Shown here piece after piece: positions 29,201-37,945 of a stretch of 64,000 bases of DNA; within the stretch, counting starts at the first letter, position 1, and each line of letters begins with the position of its first letter. The notes beneath the pieces are model-generated. The model worked only from the letters and a program-made list of their open reading frames with translations, did no database searches and was not told where the DNA came from. The translations under genes and the position numbers were made by a program. Source of the DNA: an uncultured virus (IMG/VR IMGVR_UViG_3300030101_004109) (lineage: Duplodnaviria; Heunggongvirae; Uroviricota; Caudoviricetes); the IMG/VR virus record IMGVR_UViG_3300030101_004109. One strand, given 5' to 3'.

Positions 29201-32200
29201 AGAGCAGGTAGCTGCAACCCGAGCTGCTGTTAACTTCAACATGAAGACTACAGGCGAAGCTCTGCAGCTTTTGGCGAGTCGCATCGAAGCGGGCAAGCGC
29301 GTTTCTGCTACCATGCTGTTGGATACATCTACGACTAGAGAGATTCGTAACACCGTCTCTGTACAAGAGCTTATTTCCCGTAAGCCTGACTTAGATCCTG
29401 CGGCGGTCCCTTCCGCCTTAGAGCTACTGGCAACCAAATATGGTGTTACCGCAGAAGCAATATCAGATGGTATTCTAAACAATACGCCTATTGCTGTGAC
29501 TAAGCCTTCTGGCGATATTGTTTTGATAGACGCTAACTTGGTGTCTAAGACATACCTGAGTGAAGGCCATGCAGCATTTGTGTCTGCTCGTCGTCAGTCT
29601 CCAAAATACTCTTTGCGCGAATCGTTTGAAGGCATTGACCAAGAGTCAGCTTCAGGCGCTGTTGACGTTATTCTTAGAACAGAAGGAACAGATGCGTCTT
29701 TAGTTAAAAGGACAACAGAGTTAGTTAAAGACTTTACTATAGGGGGCACTGTCAGCCCCGAATTGGTAAACCTTAGTCCTCCTATGCGTAAAATGATTCA
29801 GCGTCTTTCTCGTTCTGTCAGTCAGACAGTTGGGGATATGGCTAACTTGCTGGATCAGGGCGACCCTAAAGCTATTGTTTCTTACTTAGCTGGGCAGAAG
29901 GGCACTTTTTCTAACAAACGCCAGATTCTTTCCAGTGGTTTGCCCTCTGTTGCCAGCGTGTATAACCAGACGATAGAACGTGTTATTCTAAAGCTGTCCG
30001 TGAAAAGCTCAGAAGATGCGAACGCTGTTCGGTGGCTGCTCAGCCAGGATCTAAACTCTAACACAGGCAGACTAGACATTAATCTGCTTAAAGCGCGTGA
30101 GCCTGAAAAGTACGAAAGAGCCGCTAAAACTCTACAGCAGATGTTTGTTACAGGCGCAAAGTCTAAAGCCATAGACACGGCTGATACAGCAAAAAAAACT
30201 GCAGAAGCTATGACCGACTTTGAAAGGTCACTAACGGCAGGAGAACTGCAAACAATCCCCATGCCTCGGGCTGTCACGGATCTTTTAGAGTTTGTGCAGC
30301 CGGACTACCTTAACGCTCAAGAAATTACTACAGAAACAGCTACGTTTATTCATGCTTTGTACAATGCAGGCAATAAGAATATGAGTGCTGAAGATGCTGT
30401 CAAGGCGCTCATAACAGGCGTTAAGAACGCTTATACCGGTGGGGACTCTGCCGTAGCCGTAGAACGCGGGCTCAATGCTATGCACCGGGCTTTGCCTATT
30501 ATGGCTGCCCACACTAAAGCCTACGCGGTTATTCACGAAATCGGAGACTTCAGCCTTGCTCTTAACAAGACTGACTACGAAAACTGGGTAAACTATACAA
30601 AGGGCTTACCAGTACCGCTGGAATGGCGTCAGACAAAGCTGCAGGAACTTATCGATCTTACGGGCGATTCTGTAATGTTCCGGGCAATTGAAGTTATGGG
30701 CGAAGACAGGTACCTTCCCCGTGAAGCGTTTACTGCCATGAATCGGGCTTTGGCCCGCGCAGAAGATAAAGGCGTGATAAGCCGGGCCGGGGCAGACATA
30801 AGCTCTATTACTGCAGCAAAATCGTACTTACAGTCAATAGTCACTAAAATGATGGCGGTTCGTGTTTACGGTGCTTTGATATTCCGCTCTCGCTTTGGCA
30901 TTGACTCCTTGTACGAAGGCGTTTCTAATGCCATGCAGATTGGCGGTATGACTCCTGCTGTATTGCATGGTGTTCGGCAGTTTAGTCAAGTGCCCGCTAT
31001 GTTCCCTGGCGCGCTGCAGATAACGCACTTTACCGGTAGGCTTGCATCCTGGGCCACAAAGCTGTTTGATCCTACGGGGCCGTTAGACGGTGCGCCCGAA
31101 ATCGTAAAAGACTTTGCCCGTGTTGTCGCAAAAAAGGCAACCCGAGAAGACCTGCAGGCGTATCTACAAAGCATGGGAGACGCTGCCGCTAACAAGCTTG
31201 CGGGATTTATTGGTGCCGGCAAGTGGAACCTTGACGTAAATAAGATGCTGGCAGGATCGGATGAAATAGTTGAGATTCAGGGAGCGCAGTACACGTACAG
31301 AACCTTACGAGACATGCTAGTTGCGGAAGGTGTTCCTGGCGGTTCGTTGCAGGCTAACTATTTTGCCACACAGATTAGAAAAAAGCTTACAGGTTTTGGG
31401 GATGAAGAAGAATCTGTCCTCAGTGTCGTTGACATACTAAAAATGCCCCTTGATGAAGCCGTAGATTTGCATAAAATGATTACGGCTTTTTCTGAGAGCT
31501 TGGGTGAGCGCGAACGTCTTAGTATGTTCTCTGCTTTTGTTTCTTCTGGCTACACGCCTATTGAAGCCGCAGAAATGACTCGTCGGGCGCTGTTTGATTA
31601 TCAGGAGAGCCTGTCAAAGTATGATTATAACATTTTGATTAGGCTATTTATGCCTTATTGGACTTTCCATAAGAACAACGCTCGTCTTCAGTTTGACAGT
31701 ATGTTCGACCCTATTACTGCCTATAGGGCAGGTGTTGTGCGTAAGGGGCCGCAAGCGGCCATGAAGCTTGTGCAGGAAAGTGTCGATGATTATTACACTG
31801 ACGAGTTAGGAATTCAGACTAACATGCTCAGTGACGAGCGGCAGGAAGCTTATACATTGTATAAGAAAACTGTGTTAGAGCAGTTAGGGCAAGATCAGTT
31901 TACAGAAGAACAAAAGTCTGTTTTACGTTCTATTCTGCTTGGTATATCAGCAGGCTACCAAGATCAGGGCAAAGTGTTTGGGGTCGGAGCAGATAAGATA
32001 GAGCTAGACGCTATCCGCAATATTATTGGTGTTACAGATGCTATGCAAGTTAACCCTTATGTAGCAGGCTATGTAAAACGGTATCAGCAAGGGCGGCCTG
32101 TCTTCTTTTTCCCGACGGACTTAAATGATCCTGATACGGACTTTAGAAAACAGATAGGGGCTTCTGCGGTATTTAACTACTTGGCTTTACCTGAATCGGG

Positions 32201-32771
32201 GCAGGCGGCTTTTGCTTCTCATGTGTTAGCTATGGGCGGCACAGCATCAATGTTAGCCTTAGCAGGAACAGAAGCAGCAGGAATACACGATTTAGCTTCT
32301 TACGATGTATTTGTAGAAGGCGCAGTAGAATCAGCAGAAACTTTCTTATCTCCTGATTTCAACCCTATTACAAACTTAGTACTAAAAGTCTTAGGAGCTG
32401 AAACTAAGCAAGGTCAGGCTCCGGTTAGAATTAGCGAAAGCGCCTATAACTTTTTAAAGCAGTCTGGATCTGGCTTTGTGTTTGAGGCGCCCGCTCAAAT
32501 GGTAGGAGATAAGGTAATAAAGCCAAAAAGATATTATATGAGCGCTTACGCAGCAGGCTTGCTTAATATGGCTCCTGTTATCGCTCAGGCTTCCAGAGAA
32601 GTTACCGATTTAACCAAAGAAGGGGTCGGAGTTTCGGGTGATCCTGTCTTTGACTTTAGCCTAAACACCATGCGTTTATTTGGGCTGCAAATAGAGCGGG
32701 GAGACCGAGAAGCTGTTATGCGTCAGGCACAGCGGTCTGATACGATCAGAACCTACCGCCCTCAGAACTAA
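26280..32771 (+). CDS. Large internal virion (ejection) protein
   Basis: 2163 aa; C-terminal AAEMTRRALFDY...LFMPYWTFHKN pattern typical of large podoviral internal proteins. Confidence 0.7.
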   Translation: MAEQLLVDTYSLTKDIFDAEQRTDRGEKRDFVLPKPMSAAEVVTEYANKYTDGNVDKLVDQLNGQNYRLTEVINHAVENPYGYSDYDKLVKIREATPKAAPEAPVDYLDMEIESVGEMGLFWDDVPVEEYDTVTVSSIDDNYPGLIKAAEMTEGILSDSATQEMLKWEDRQDIDTKWIQDNTIENLKKKGKFLGQEGFEDAYNKEFKKVTNTLMLKNVQGVHNATPRMALSEWADPSSALGSEVIAAMSPQMKFLGVGKANQLLYVTESPSYYGTYIIDVPKMAGIGLLKYGPSEFERGIAERSMATTELYKAGAATGIPGLQYLGGLTGLGFDILIPDLTVVGGVAVKGTKMLAKTGSKLNKAVKGLQDATKVAPESEIVAKRLMEIGTTLEKAAETGDRAAIKEASRQYAKLRGEYPALRKQIDRGVESYQAERVEQIKDAVKSANFDPDYVRALQARKALQSAGELKLKRVVSTTEDVDDVIGALARNIELRVGKRKEEAQGPIFAFDTADTPRFDFQFDALDKAEKALVKKGEYRTDTEKVRKQFISIIAAKMNEFKDAAGVKTVATDGPDIAKVFRALIGTKNKRPINEIKNDLLLVIEKRAGIGNHSDEALFKAETNISKLISKYADEKVDAFEEAAGARNLRIQKAEAAKAQKERDIREARQLQKDIDAELKVLRRNQRLKVQSAKRIGDDLTDAELRLSGAQEIAGRSKAVRLAVQKKNRLEKIKTQLINKGQLLIESSLLQKMEDAKFIAKYYKTDASRKAAERAVIEYNSIMAKIADTKEMLLRNERRNIISGATPSATHPRAASFFTENDVVTSKVFEDYIETLYTELEQHRKRLNRLRGRVKTDSSRQALERYRALTRQYNQAAETVKAYKQEVKLLKAELAATNKQLRQINSFVSKLERQLKKSLLKEAGLKAKKVKDIKEPIDIEGVVKRFDEQLIDSVVDAVDELSDYFYGRGKLFAALEQVAATRAAVNFNMKTTGEALQLLASRIEAGKRVSATMLLDTSTTREIRNTVSVQELISRKPDLDPAAVPSALELLATKYGVTAEAISDGILNNTPIAVTKPSGDIVLIDANLVSKTYLSEGHAAFVSARRQSPKYSLRESFEGIDQESASGAVDVILRTEGTDASLVKRTTELVKDFTIGGTVSPELVNLSPPMRKMIQRLSRSVSQTVGDMANLLDQGDPKAIVSYLAGQKGTFSNKRQILSSGLPSVASVYNQTIERVILKLSVKSSEDANAVRWLLSQDLNSNTGRLDINLLKAREPEKYERAAKTLQQMFVTGAKSKAIDTADTAKKTAEAMTDFERSLTAGELQTIPMPRAVTDLLEFVQPDYLNAQEITTETATFIHALYNAGNKNMSAEDAVKALITGVKNAYTGGDSAVAVERGLNAMHRALPIMAAHTKAYAVIHEIGDFSLALNKTDYENWVNYTKGLPVPLEWRQTKLQELIDLTGDSVMFRAIEVMGEDRYLPREAFTAMNRALARAEDKGVISRAGADISSITAAKSYLQSIVTKMMAVRVYGALIFRSRFGIDSLYEGVSNAMQIGGMTPAVLHGVRQFSQVPAMFPGALQITHFTGRLASWATKLFDPTGPLDGAPEIVKDFARVVAKKATREDLQAYLQSMGDAAANKLAGFIGAGKWNLDVNKMLAGSDEIVEIQGAQYTYRTLRDMLVAEGVPGGSLQANYFATQIRKKLTGFGDEEESVLSVVDILKMPLDEAVDLHKMITAFSESLGERERLSMFSAFVSSGYTPIEAAEMTRRALFDYQESLSKYDYNILIRLFMPYWTFHKNNARLQFDSMFDPITAYRAGVVRKGPQAAMKLVQESVDDYYTDELGIQTNMLSDERQEAYTLYKKTVLEQLGQDQFTEEQKSVLRSILLGISAGYQDQGKVFGVGADKIELDAIRNIIGVTDAMQVNPYVAGYVKRYQQGRPVFFFPTDLNDPDTDFRKQIGASAVFNYLALPESGQAAFASHVLAMGGTASMLALAGTEAAGIHDLASYDVFVEGAVESAETFLSPDFNPITNLVLKVLGAETKQGQAPVRISESAYNFLKQSGSGFVFEAPAQMVGDKVIKPKRYYMSAYAAGLLNMAPVIAQASREVTDLTKEGVGVSGDPVFDFSLNTMRLFGLQIERGDREAVMRQAQRSDTIRTYRPQN

Positions 32772-32794
32772 GCGGCTAAACAACAGGATTAATC

Positions 32795-33265
32795 ATGTAC
32801 GAAGGTTGGTCACATACAGGATTTGCTTACGCTTCTGCCGTAAGTTTAAGTGGTTCTGAGGCAACAGCAGAACTTTTGCCTAACGGAAGCGTCGGGGCGG
32901 GCGGGTTTGCTCGAACTGTTTTTAAGCTTGCCTACGTTACCGTAGATTTAAGCTCTATCGCTAACGCTCCTACAGAAGTCGAAGTGTCTCTTACCTGGGA
33001 TGCTGGGGGTGATCACTTTATCACCGATGCCCCCTTAGTCGGCACCATTCAAACGGGTAAAACGACTGCTACTGATGGTACAGCCGTCATCAATATTCCC
33101 AATGCTTACAATCTAGCGCATCCACCTAAAGGGTTGTACACTAACGCAACCACGGATAAGGCAGATAAAATTATCAAGGTATGGGCGCGCATTAAGCTGA
33201 ACGGCGGAACAAGTCCGACAGCTACCGCAAACATTAGGGCCGGCTTCTACCATGGAGGCATATGA
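32795..33265 (+). CDS. Structural hypothetical protein
   Basis: Beta-rich; shares LTWDAGGDHFIT / LSIDSAGEYAIT pattern with the next gene. Confidence 0.55.
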   Translation: MYEGWSHTGFAYASAVSLSGSEATAELLPNGSVGAGGFARTVFKLAYVTVDLSSIANAPTEVEVSLTWDAGGDHFITDAPLVGTIQTGKTTATDGTAVINIPNAYNLAHPPKGLYTNATTDKADKIIKVWARIKLNGGTSPTATANIRAGFYHGGI

Positions 33266-33648
33266 TGCGTAACTATGCAGAAGCACGATTTACTTATGCT
33301 AAATTAAGCCGTTCGGGTACGGACGCTTTTACTACGCATGATTTAGGGCGTACCGATCCCGATATTCATATAGAAAATCTTGATTTTAGATTTTCTGCTA
33401 CTTCTGGCGCTACTTCTTTTTCTTATTACTTATCTATTGACTCAGCGGGTGAATACGCAATTACTCCTGTAGTTACTGCTCAGGCTATTCAGTCGGGTAA
33501 ATCGGGCTCAGTAAAAGTTGCTTCTGTAGCTATCGCTCGCTCAATAGGTAATGACGTTAGAGCTAATAACTTATTCTTACAGTTCAAGATTGAGCAGAGT
33601 TCCGGCACCGCTACGTTCGATGTATTTTGTACTGGAGTGAGACTCTAA
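33262..33648 (+). CDS. Structural hypothetical protein (paralog-like to previous gene)
   Basis: GGAGG RBS; D.AG...IT......IQ.GK shared with 32795. Confidence 0.55.
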   Translation: MMRNYAEARFTYAKLSRSGTDAFTTHDLGRTDPDIHIENLDFRFSATSGATSFSYYLSIDSAGEYAITPVVTAQAIQSGKSGSVKVASVAIARSIGNDVRANNLFLQFKIEQSSGTATFDVFCTGVRL

Positions 33649-34712
33649 TGAAAAAGATGGGGCCGTTGACTATTAACACTATCTGGAATCCTGCTATCGG
33701 TGGTGGCGGTGGTGGGGGCGGTACTGAGCCAGGGCTAACAGTTAGCGGCAGAGCAGATGGCGAAGCCTACAATGTTTCTGCGGGGGCCCGATCTCTTACT
33801 ATATCAAACCCTGACGGAGCTACTTTAGCCACTACGGTAGAGAAAGCTTCTGACGGCGCCGCAGTTAGTGTAACGAACAGCACAGCTACAAACCCTTCAT
33901 GGACGGCCCCTGCAGGGGGCACTGCGGGGGAAGCTGTACAAGTCAAAGTATCGGCGACAAAAGGCGGTCTATCAACCTCCGTGTCTTTTACAGAAAGAAT
34001 TGCTGGATCGGGTTCTAGTGGTGCTTCTTGGGTTGAACTGCTCGATTTAGACTTAACTGCTTTATCTTCTTCTACTCTTAGCGCAGGAACTCAGACTGTT
34101 GGGGGTGTCGCTTTTAACTGTGAGGCAGCGGGAGAAACAGTAGGCGGTGGCGCGGGTTTATCTGCAGCGCAAACTAAATTTTCTTACGTTGATGTTTCAT
34201 CATCTTTTACTAGTGAGTCTCCTAGACTAGTAGAGTTAAAAATTGTAAATGCTGCTTGGGGTGGTAGTTCCACAGGCCATGCAGTGCGAGGACGTTTTTT
34301 CGCAGATACTGCCGGTTCTGGGCCTGCTGCGCAAACTAGATATTTTCCTAATAGTGGAAATATGCGGATGCAAGCCCAGTGGCAGCACCGATATTCTGGC
34401 ACAAGCGGCAGTTTTAGCACATCAGGCGGCAGTTTCGACCACACTGGGGATGGTGCTGTACTGACATGGTATTCGTATATCGCTATGGTCAGAGGCACCT
34501 ATTATGTCTGGATTAGCAAAACTCCAGATGTTCCTACAGACTTAGCAGATTTAATGACACCCGATGCTTTCACTTGGGTTGTCGGCATTAACGCTTACAG
34601 TGCTTTAGGCACAGCAAACTATTTTCCTGCTACGGCTTTAGTCGGCCTTTTTAACCAAAACTCCAGTAGCGCAGGAAAACTAGAAAATATAAGATGTTGG
34701 GAGTTTAGATGA
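33648..34712 (+). CDS. Tail fibre / receptor-binding-like protein
   Basis: Poly-Gly linker, Ig-like TATNPSWTAP segment, Gly/Ser-rich C-terminal domain; TAATG coupling. Confidence 0.55.
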   Translation: MKKMGPLTINTIWNPAIGGGGGGGGTEPGLTVSGRADGEAYNVSAGARSLTISNPDGATLATTVEKASDGAAVSVTNSTATNPSWTAPAGGTAGEAVQVKVSATKGGLSTSVSFTERIAGSGSSGASWVELLDLDLTALSSSTLSAGTQTVGGVAFNCEAAGETVGGGAGLSAAQTKFSYVDVSSSFTSESPRLVELKIVNAAWGGSSTGHAVRGRFFADTAGSGPAAQTRYFPNSGNMRMQAQWQHRYSGTSGSFSTSGGSFDHTGDGAVLTWYSYIAMVRGTYYVWISKTPDVPTDLADLMTPDAFTWVVGINAYSALGTANYFPATALVGLFNQNSSSAGKLENIRCWEFR

Positions 34713-35002
34713 GTCACGCACCTACTGAAATTCAGCCGTGGGTTCTTGACGGTGGTGCGGTGGACATCCCGTGCGATGAGGCCATCACCTACTGGCGTGG
34801 GGATGATACCGATTGCCATTATATTCTATCGGATTTATCTGAAGTTATTGCTGCCAGAACTACACCCGAAGTAGCGTCTGCGCAAAAAGCAGACATTCAA
34901 GCTCGTATAGCCAACTCTGGCGCAGGCACAAAAGTTTTAAAAAGTCACTTAGACGCACTCGGACTAACCGCTGCTGTGTTAGAGTGGGCCCAGCAAGACT
35001 AA
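34709..35002 (+). CDS. Hypothetical protein (possible fibre chaperone)
   Basis: ATGA overlap with the fibre gene. Confidence 0.5.
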   Translation: MSHAPTEIQPWVLDGGAVDIPCDEAITYWRGDDTDCHYILSDLSEVIAARTTPEVASAQKADIQARIANSGAGTKVLKSHLDALGLTAAVLEWAQQD

Positions 35003-35030
35003 CTCAATCCTTGACTAACGGAGTCAAATC

Positions 35031-35294
35031 ATGTCTAAACCAATCAAAGCAATCGAAGTCGCATCCGGTCTTATCAAGTCGGTCCTTACTACTGGTGCCG
35101 CAGCCGATACCAATATTGCTGTTGCAGGCATTAAGAAGGGCGATCACCTGATCATCGTTCTTGAATCGCACACCACTTCTGCTATTCTGACCGATCGCAC
35201 CGCTCAGGCGTCGGTTACTTCTGACGGCAACATTCAGATTAGTGTCTCTACCGCTACCGATAAGATCCTCGTCTTCTGGCAGCCGCTCCGATGA
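35031..35294 (+). CDS. Small, probably abundant structural protein
   Basis: MCP-like codon bias, GGAG RBS. Confidence 0.6.
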   Translation: MSKPIKAIEVASGLIKSVLTTGAAADTNIAVAGIKKGDHLIIVLESHTTSAILTDRTAQASVTSDGNIQISVSTATDKILVFWQPLR

Positions 35295-35791
35295 ATCTTG
35301 CCGAGATTCTAATTCAATGGCCAGAAGTGGATAAGCTTCTGGCTGTTGTCGGCACTCCTTACTGTTGGGGTGCGGGCGATTTAAACAACGTCAAAGAGAT
35401 TCAGCCTTCTGTGCCTTCTTCTTTTCCTGCAGGAAGTAAGGGCGGCAAAGGGCTCGACTGCTCTGGTTTAGCTCAGTGGGCGTTGTGGATCACCGGGCAG
35501 GTTAAGCCAGATGCCTGGAATGATCTTTCTGCTGATGCGTTGGCGTATGCCTGTGATGGAATTAGTGACGCTGATTCGGCGATTCCTGGGGATTTGTACT
35601 TCTACAAAAACTCCGGAGCGTCTAAAATCCATCATGTAACGGTAGCGTTAGGCGGTGGTCTCTGCCTTCATGCAAGCGGTGGCAGCAGTACAAATGGCGA
35701 TGACCCTACTCGATCTGTTCAAATCGTGCACTACAGAAGGGCTGGCACTTTTCTCACATGCGGCAGATTAAAGGATAAGTTTAGGCCATGA
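35291..35791 (+). CDS. NlpC/P60 (C40) peptidase, likely endolysin
   Basis: GTPYCWG, GLDCSGL, PGDLYFY, HV and LHAS catalytic motifs. Confidence 0.9.
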   Translation: MNLAEILIQWPEVDKLLAVVGTPYCWGAGDLNNVKEIQPSVPSSFPAGSKGGKGLDCSGLAQWALWITGQVKPDAWNDLSADALAYACDGISDADSAIPGDLYFYKNSGASKIHHVTVALGGGLCLHASGGSSTNGDDPTRSVQIVHYRRAGTFLTCGRLKDKFRP

Positions 35792-36030
35792 ATAAAAAAG
35801 TCTTAGGACAACTCGCCCTTTTATTGATCAAAGGGTCTTCAGACTATAAGGCAATCGCTCAGCACGTAGATGCCCTGATCAAGTGGCGTAACGTGTCGTG
35901 GCTTCCTAACGGCTTTGCCAAGTGGTTAGAGAGAAACGATGATGCGCTTATCGCCGAGATCGTAAAGCTCCTGCTAGACCTTAGAGACGAGCTTGTAGCT
36001 TCGGGCTCCTTAGTGCTGGCCCCTGAGTAA
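35788..36030 (+). CDS. Hypothetical protein
   Basis: ATGA overlap, lysis region. Confidence 0.55.
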   Translation: MNKKVLGQLALLLIKGSSDYKAIAQHVDALIKWRNVSWLPNGFAKWLERNDDALIAEIVKLLLDLRDELVASGSLVLAPE

Positions 36031-36050
36031 ACTTTCAACATAACCTCTGC

Positions 36051-36419
36051 ATGAGGCACATAGTCATGTTTGACGATGGCGAAATGCCCCACTTAGGCGT
36101 GGGGGAAGGAGCAGGTTTATCTGTTGCTATGGCCGTTTTAATATGGACTACGGCTAAGATAAAAACAGTATTTGAAGCCGCAAAGAATATAGCAGAGGTA
36201 ATCACGGCCATACTTAGATTTATGGTCAGAATCGTAACATTTTTGAACGAGTGGGAAGAACGCGCAACGCTGCTAGCAGAACATGAGGAAAAGTTAGCCT
36301 ATCTAGGAGAAATGCTAGATGTAGACTATGAACGTACATGGTCTGACTACGGAGAAGAACTAAGCCTGACGCCAGAAGAAGTAGCTTTAATTAAGACCCT
36401 TAGATCAGCTAAAAAGTAA
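36051..36419 (+). CDS. Membrane protein, possible holin
   Basis: Hydrophobic segments, charged C-terminus, close to the lysin. Confidence 0.45.
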   Translation: MRHIVMFDDGEMPHLGVGEGAGLSVAMAVLIWTTAKIKTVFEAAKNIAEVITAILRFMVRIVTFLNEWEERATLLAEHEEKLAYLGEMLDVDYERTWSDYGEELSLTPEEVALIKTLRSAKK

Positions 36420-36429
36420 GGAGGCCGTA

Positions 36430-36579
36430 ATGACTTCTGACCAGTTAACAGCTAAGGAAAAAGTTATTTTAAATCAGTTTAGAAAAGCTAGGCTGCAGCA
36501 AAGGCTAAAACATAAGCTTCATATGGCGCCCAAATACTCCGAAACTGCGCGCATGTTGAAGGTGGCTCAAGTAAAGTAA
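36430..36579 (+). CDS. 49-aa basic protein missing from the ORF track
   Basis: TAAGGAGG RBS; MTSDQLTAKEKVILNQFRKARLQQRLKHK...; TAATG coupling to the next ORF. Confidence 0.65.
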   Translation: MTSDQLTAKEKVILNQFRKARLQQRLKHKLHMAPKYSETARMLKVAQVK

Positions 36580-36896
36580 TGCCCAGGCCGAAAATATTAA
36601 CCGGCCATGAGACCCACCAAAACGGACTGATTAGTTTATACGCCGGATTGGAGTACGCTCCAGGGTTTGAGCCTGGATTTTTTGTAGCTAGCAAAAAGCA
36701 TAAGCGCCTAAACCGTAAGCAGTTTAAGCGCTTGGATGACACGTTGCGCTTTGGTACAGAGCAAGAAGCTTTTGTGCTGCTCACGTCTAACGATCACAAA
36801 TACTTTTGGCGACGGTTGGCAGTTCAGCTGAATCGATGCTTCCCTAAATCTTCGGCTTTATGTATCTTTTTAGATTCTTGGCGGGATACTCTTTAA
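36579..36896 (+). CDS. Hypothetical protein
   Basis: Translationally coupled, last plus-strand gene of the late region. Confidence 0.45.
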   Translation: MPRPKILTGHETHQNGLISLYAGLEYAPGFEPGFFVASKKHKRLNRKQFKRLDDTLRFGTEQEAFVLLTSNDHKYFWRRLAVQLNRCFPKSSALCIFLDSWRDTL

Positions 36897-37410
36897 TGTT
36901 ATTACGTCTTAGCCACCTTGAAAAGGCTTTTATTAAACTGGATCTTTGGCCTGCGTAGCCGTCTTGCGCCACTAAGAAGTATATGTCATCCCATGTATGA
37001 CCATTAAGGCGCATGGAGTACGCTACACGATACCACTCTCTACGCTTAACCATGGGTTCAAAAGCTTCTGAGTTTGGCGATGAAGGGCTGCTATAGGTTC
37101 TAACCAGTTTAAGGTTGGCGCTCTTTAAAAGGTAGCGCAAAGATCCTAGGGGCATATCCATTTCTGCTGCAAGTTTGCTCAAAGACGTACCGTCACACCA
37201 TCTTTGATGTATTGCTTTTAGCGTTTTTAATGGTATAGAGTAGCGGTTCTTTAAGGGGTACGTGGTCGTTAGGCCGTGAGCGCACCATAAGCTGTGCATA
37301 CGATTAATAGACACACCGTATTCTTCGGCTAAGTCTTTTACGCTTTCGCCATTTTTGTATCTTATGCGCAAAGCTTTTACGTCTTCTGGCATGTACTTGC
37401 GTTTAGACAT
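36844..37410 (-). CDS. Multi-HTH DNA-binding protein
   Basis: GESVKDLAEEYGVS and GTSLSKLAAEMDM repeats. Confidence 0.7.
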   Translation of the reverse strand: MSKRKYMPEDVKALRIRYKNGESVKDLAEEYGVSINRMHSLWCAHGLTTTYPLKNRYSIPLKTLKAIHQRWCDGTSLSKLAAEMDMPLGSLRYLLKSANLKLVRTYSSPSSPNSEAFEPMVKRREWYRVAYSMRLNGHTWDDIYFLVAQDGYAGQRSSLIKAFSRWLRRNNIKEYPAKNLKRYIKPKI

Positions 37411-37945
37411 GTAGCTTCCTACGAACCCAAATCACCCAACTCAGCATAACCGCATATAGCTTTTTATCTGCTGCTAAGCAATAAGCAATCATGTCATCTT
37501 CCTCTTCTTCTAAATACTGTAGAGCCTTTTTCCATCCAATGGTCAGCTCCGTTCCGTATTTATTTTCTCCTATGCTTAGCCTAAGTTTTACTGCGTCTTT
37601 AATGGTGCTAGGTACGGGCAAAGAAGCTAGAGCCGTCTTAACTGTAAACCCTTTATGCTCACATCCAGGGTCTTCCGGTCTTTTTATTTTTGCTTCTCTT
37701 TCTATGTGACTTAGCAGAGCGTACAAACTTCCATACGTACCGCGAACTTCATGGTAACGGTGAATAAAGGAGCTGTGATACTTTTTTGTGTACACAGCTT
37801 CTCCTTCTGTCCATACATCAGTAGATTTAACACCTGCGACTTCCACGGTCCAACCGCCGTATTCAAACACTTGCCATGTTAAATCTTCTCGCGCGTTGTT
37901 TCCTCGGTTTGTTTCAAAGGCTTCCAGCCAGTGGGTGTTAGGCAT
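37403..37945 (-). CDS. Protein with C-terminal all-alpha NTP pyrophosphatase (MazG-like) motif
   Basis: RLSIGENKYGTEL...LQYLEEEEDDMIAY. Confidence 0.5.
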   Translation of the reverse strand: MPNTHWLEAFETNRGNNAREDLTWQVFEYGGWTVEVAGVKSTDVWTEGEAVYTKKYHSSFIHRYHEVRGTYGSLYALLSHIEREAKIKRPEDPGCEHKGFTVKTALASLPVPSTIKDAVKLRLSIGENKYGTELTIGWKKALQYLEEEEDDMIAYCLAADKKLYAVMLSWVIWVRRKLHV

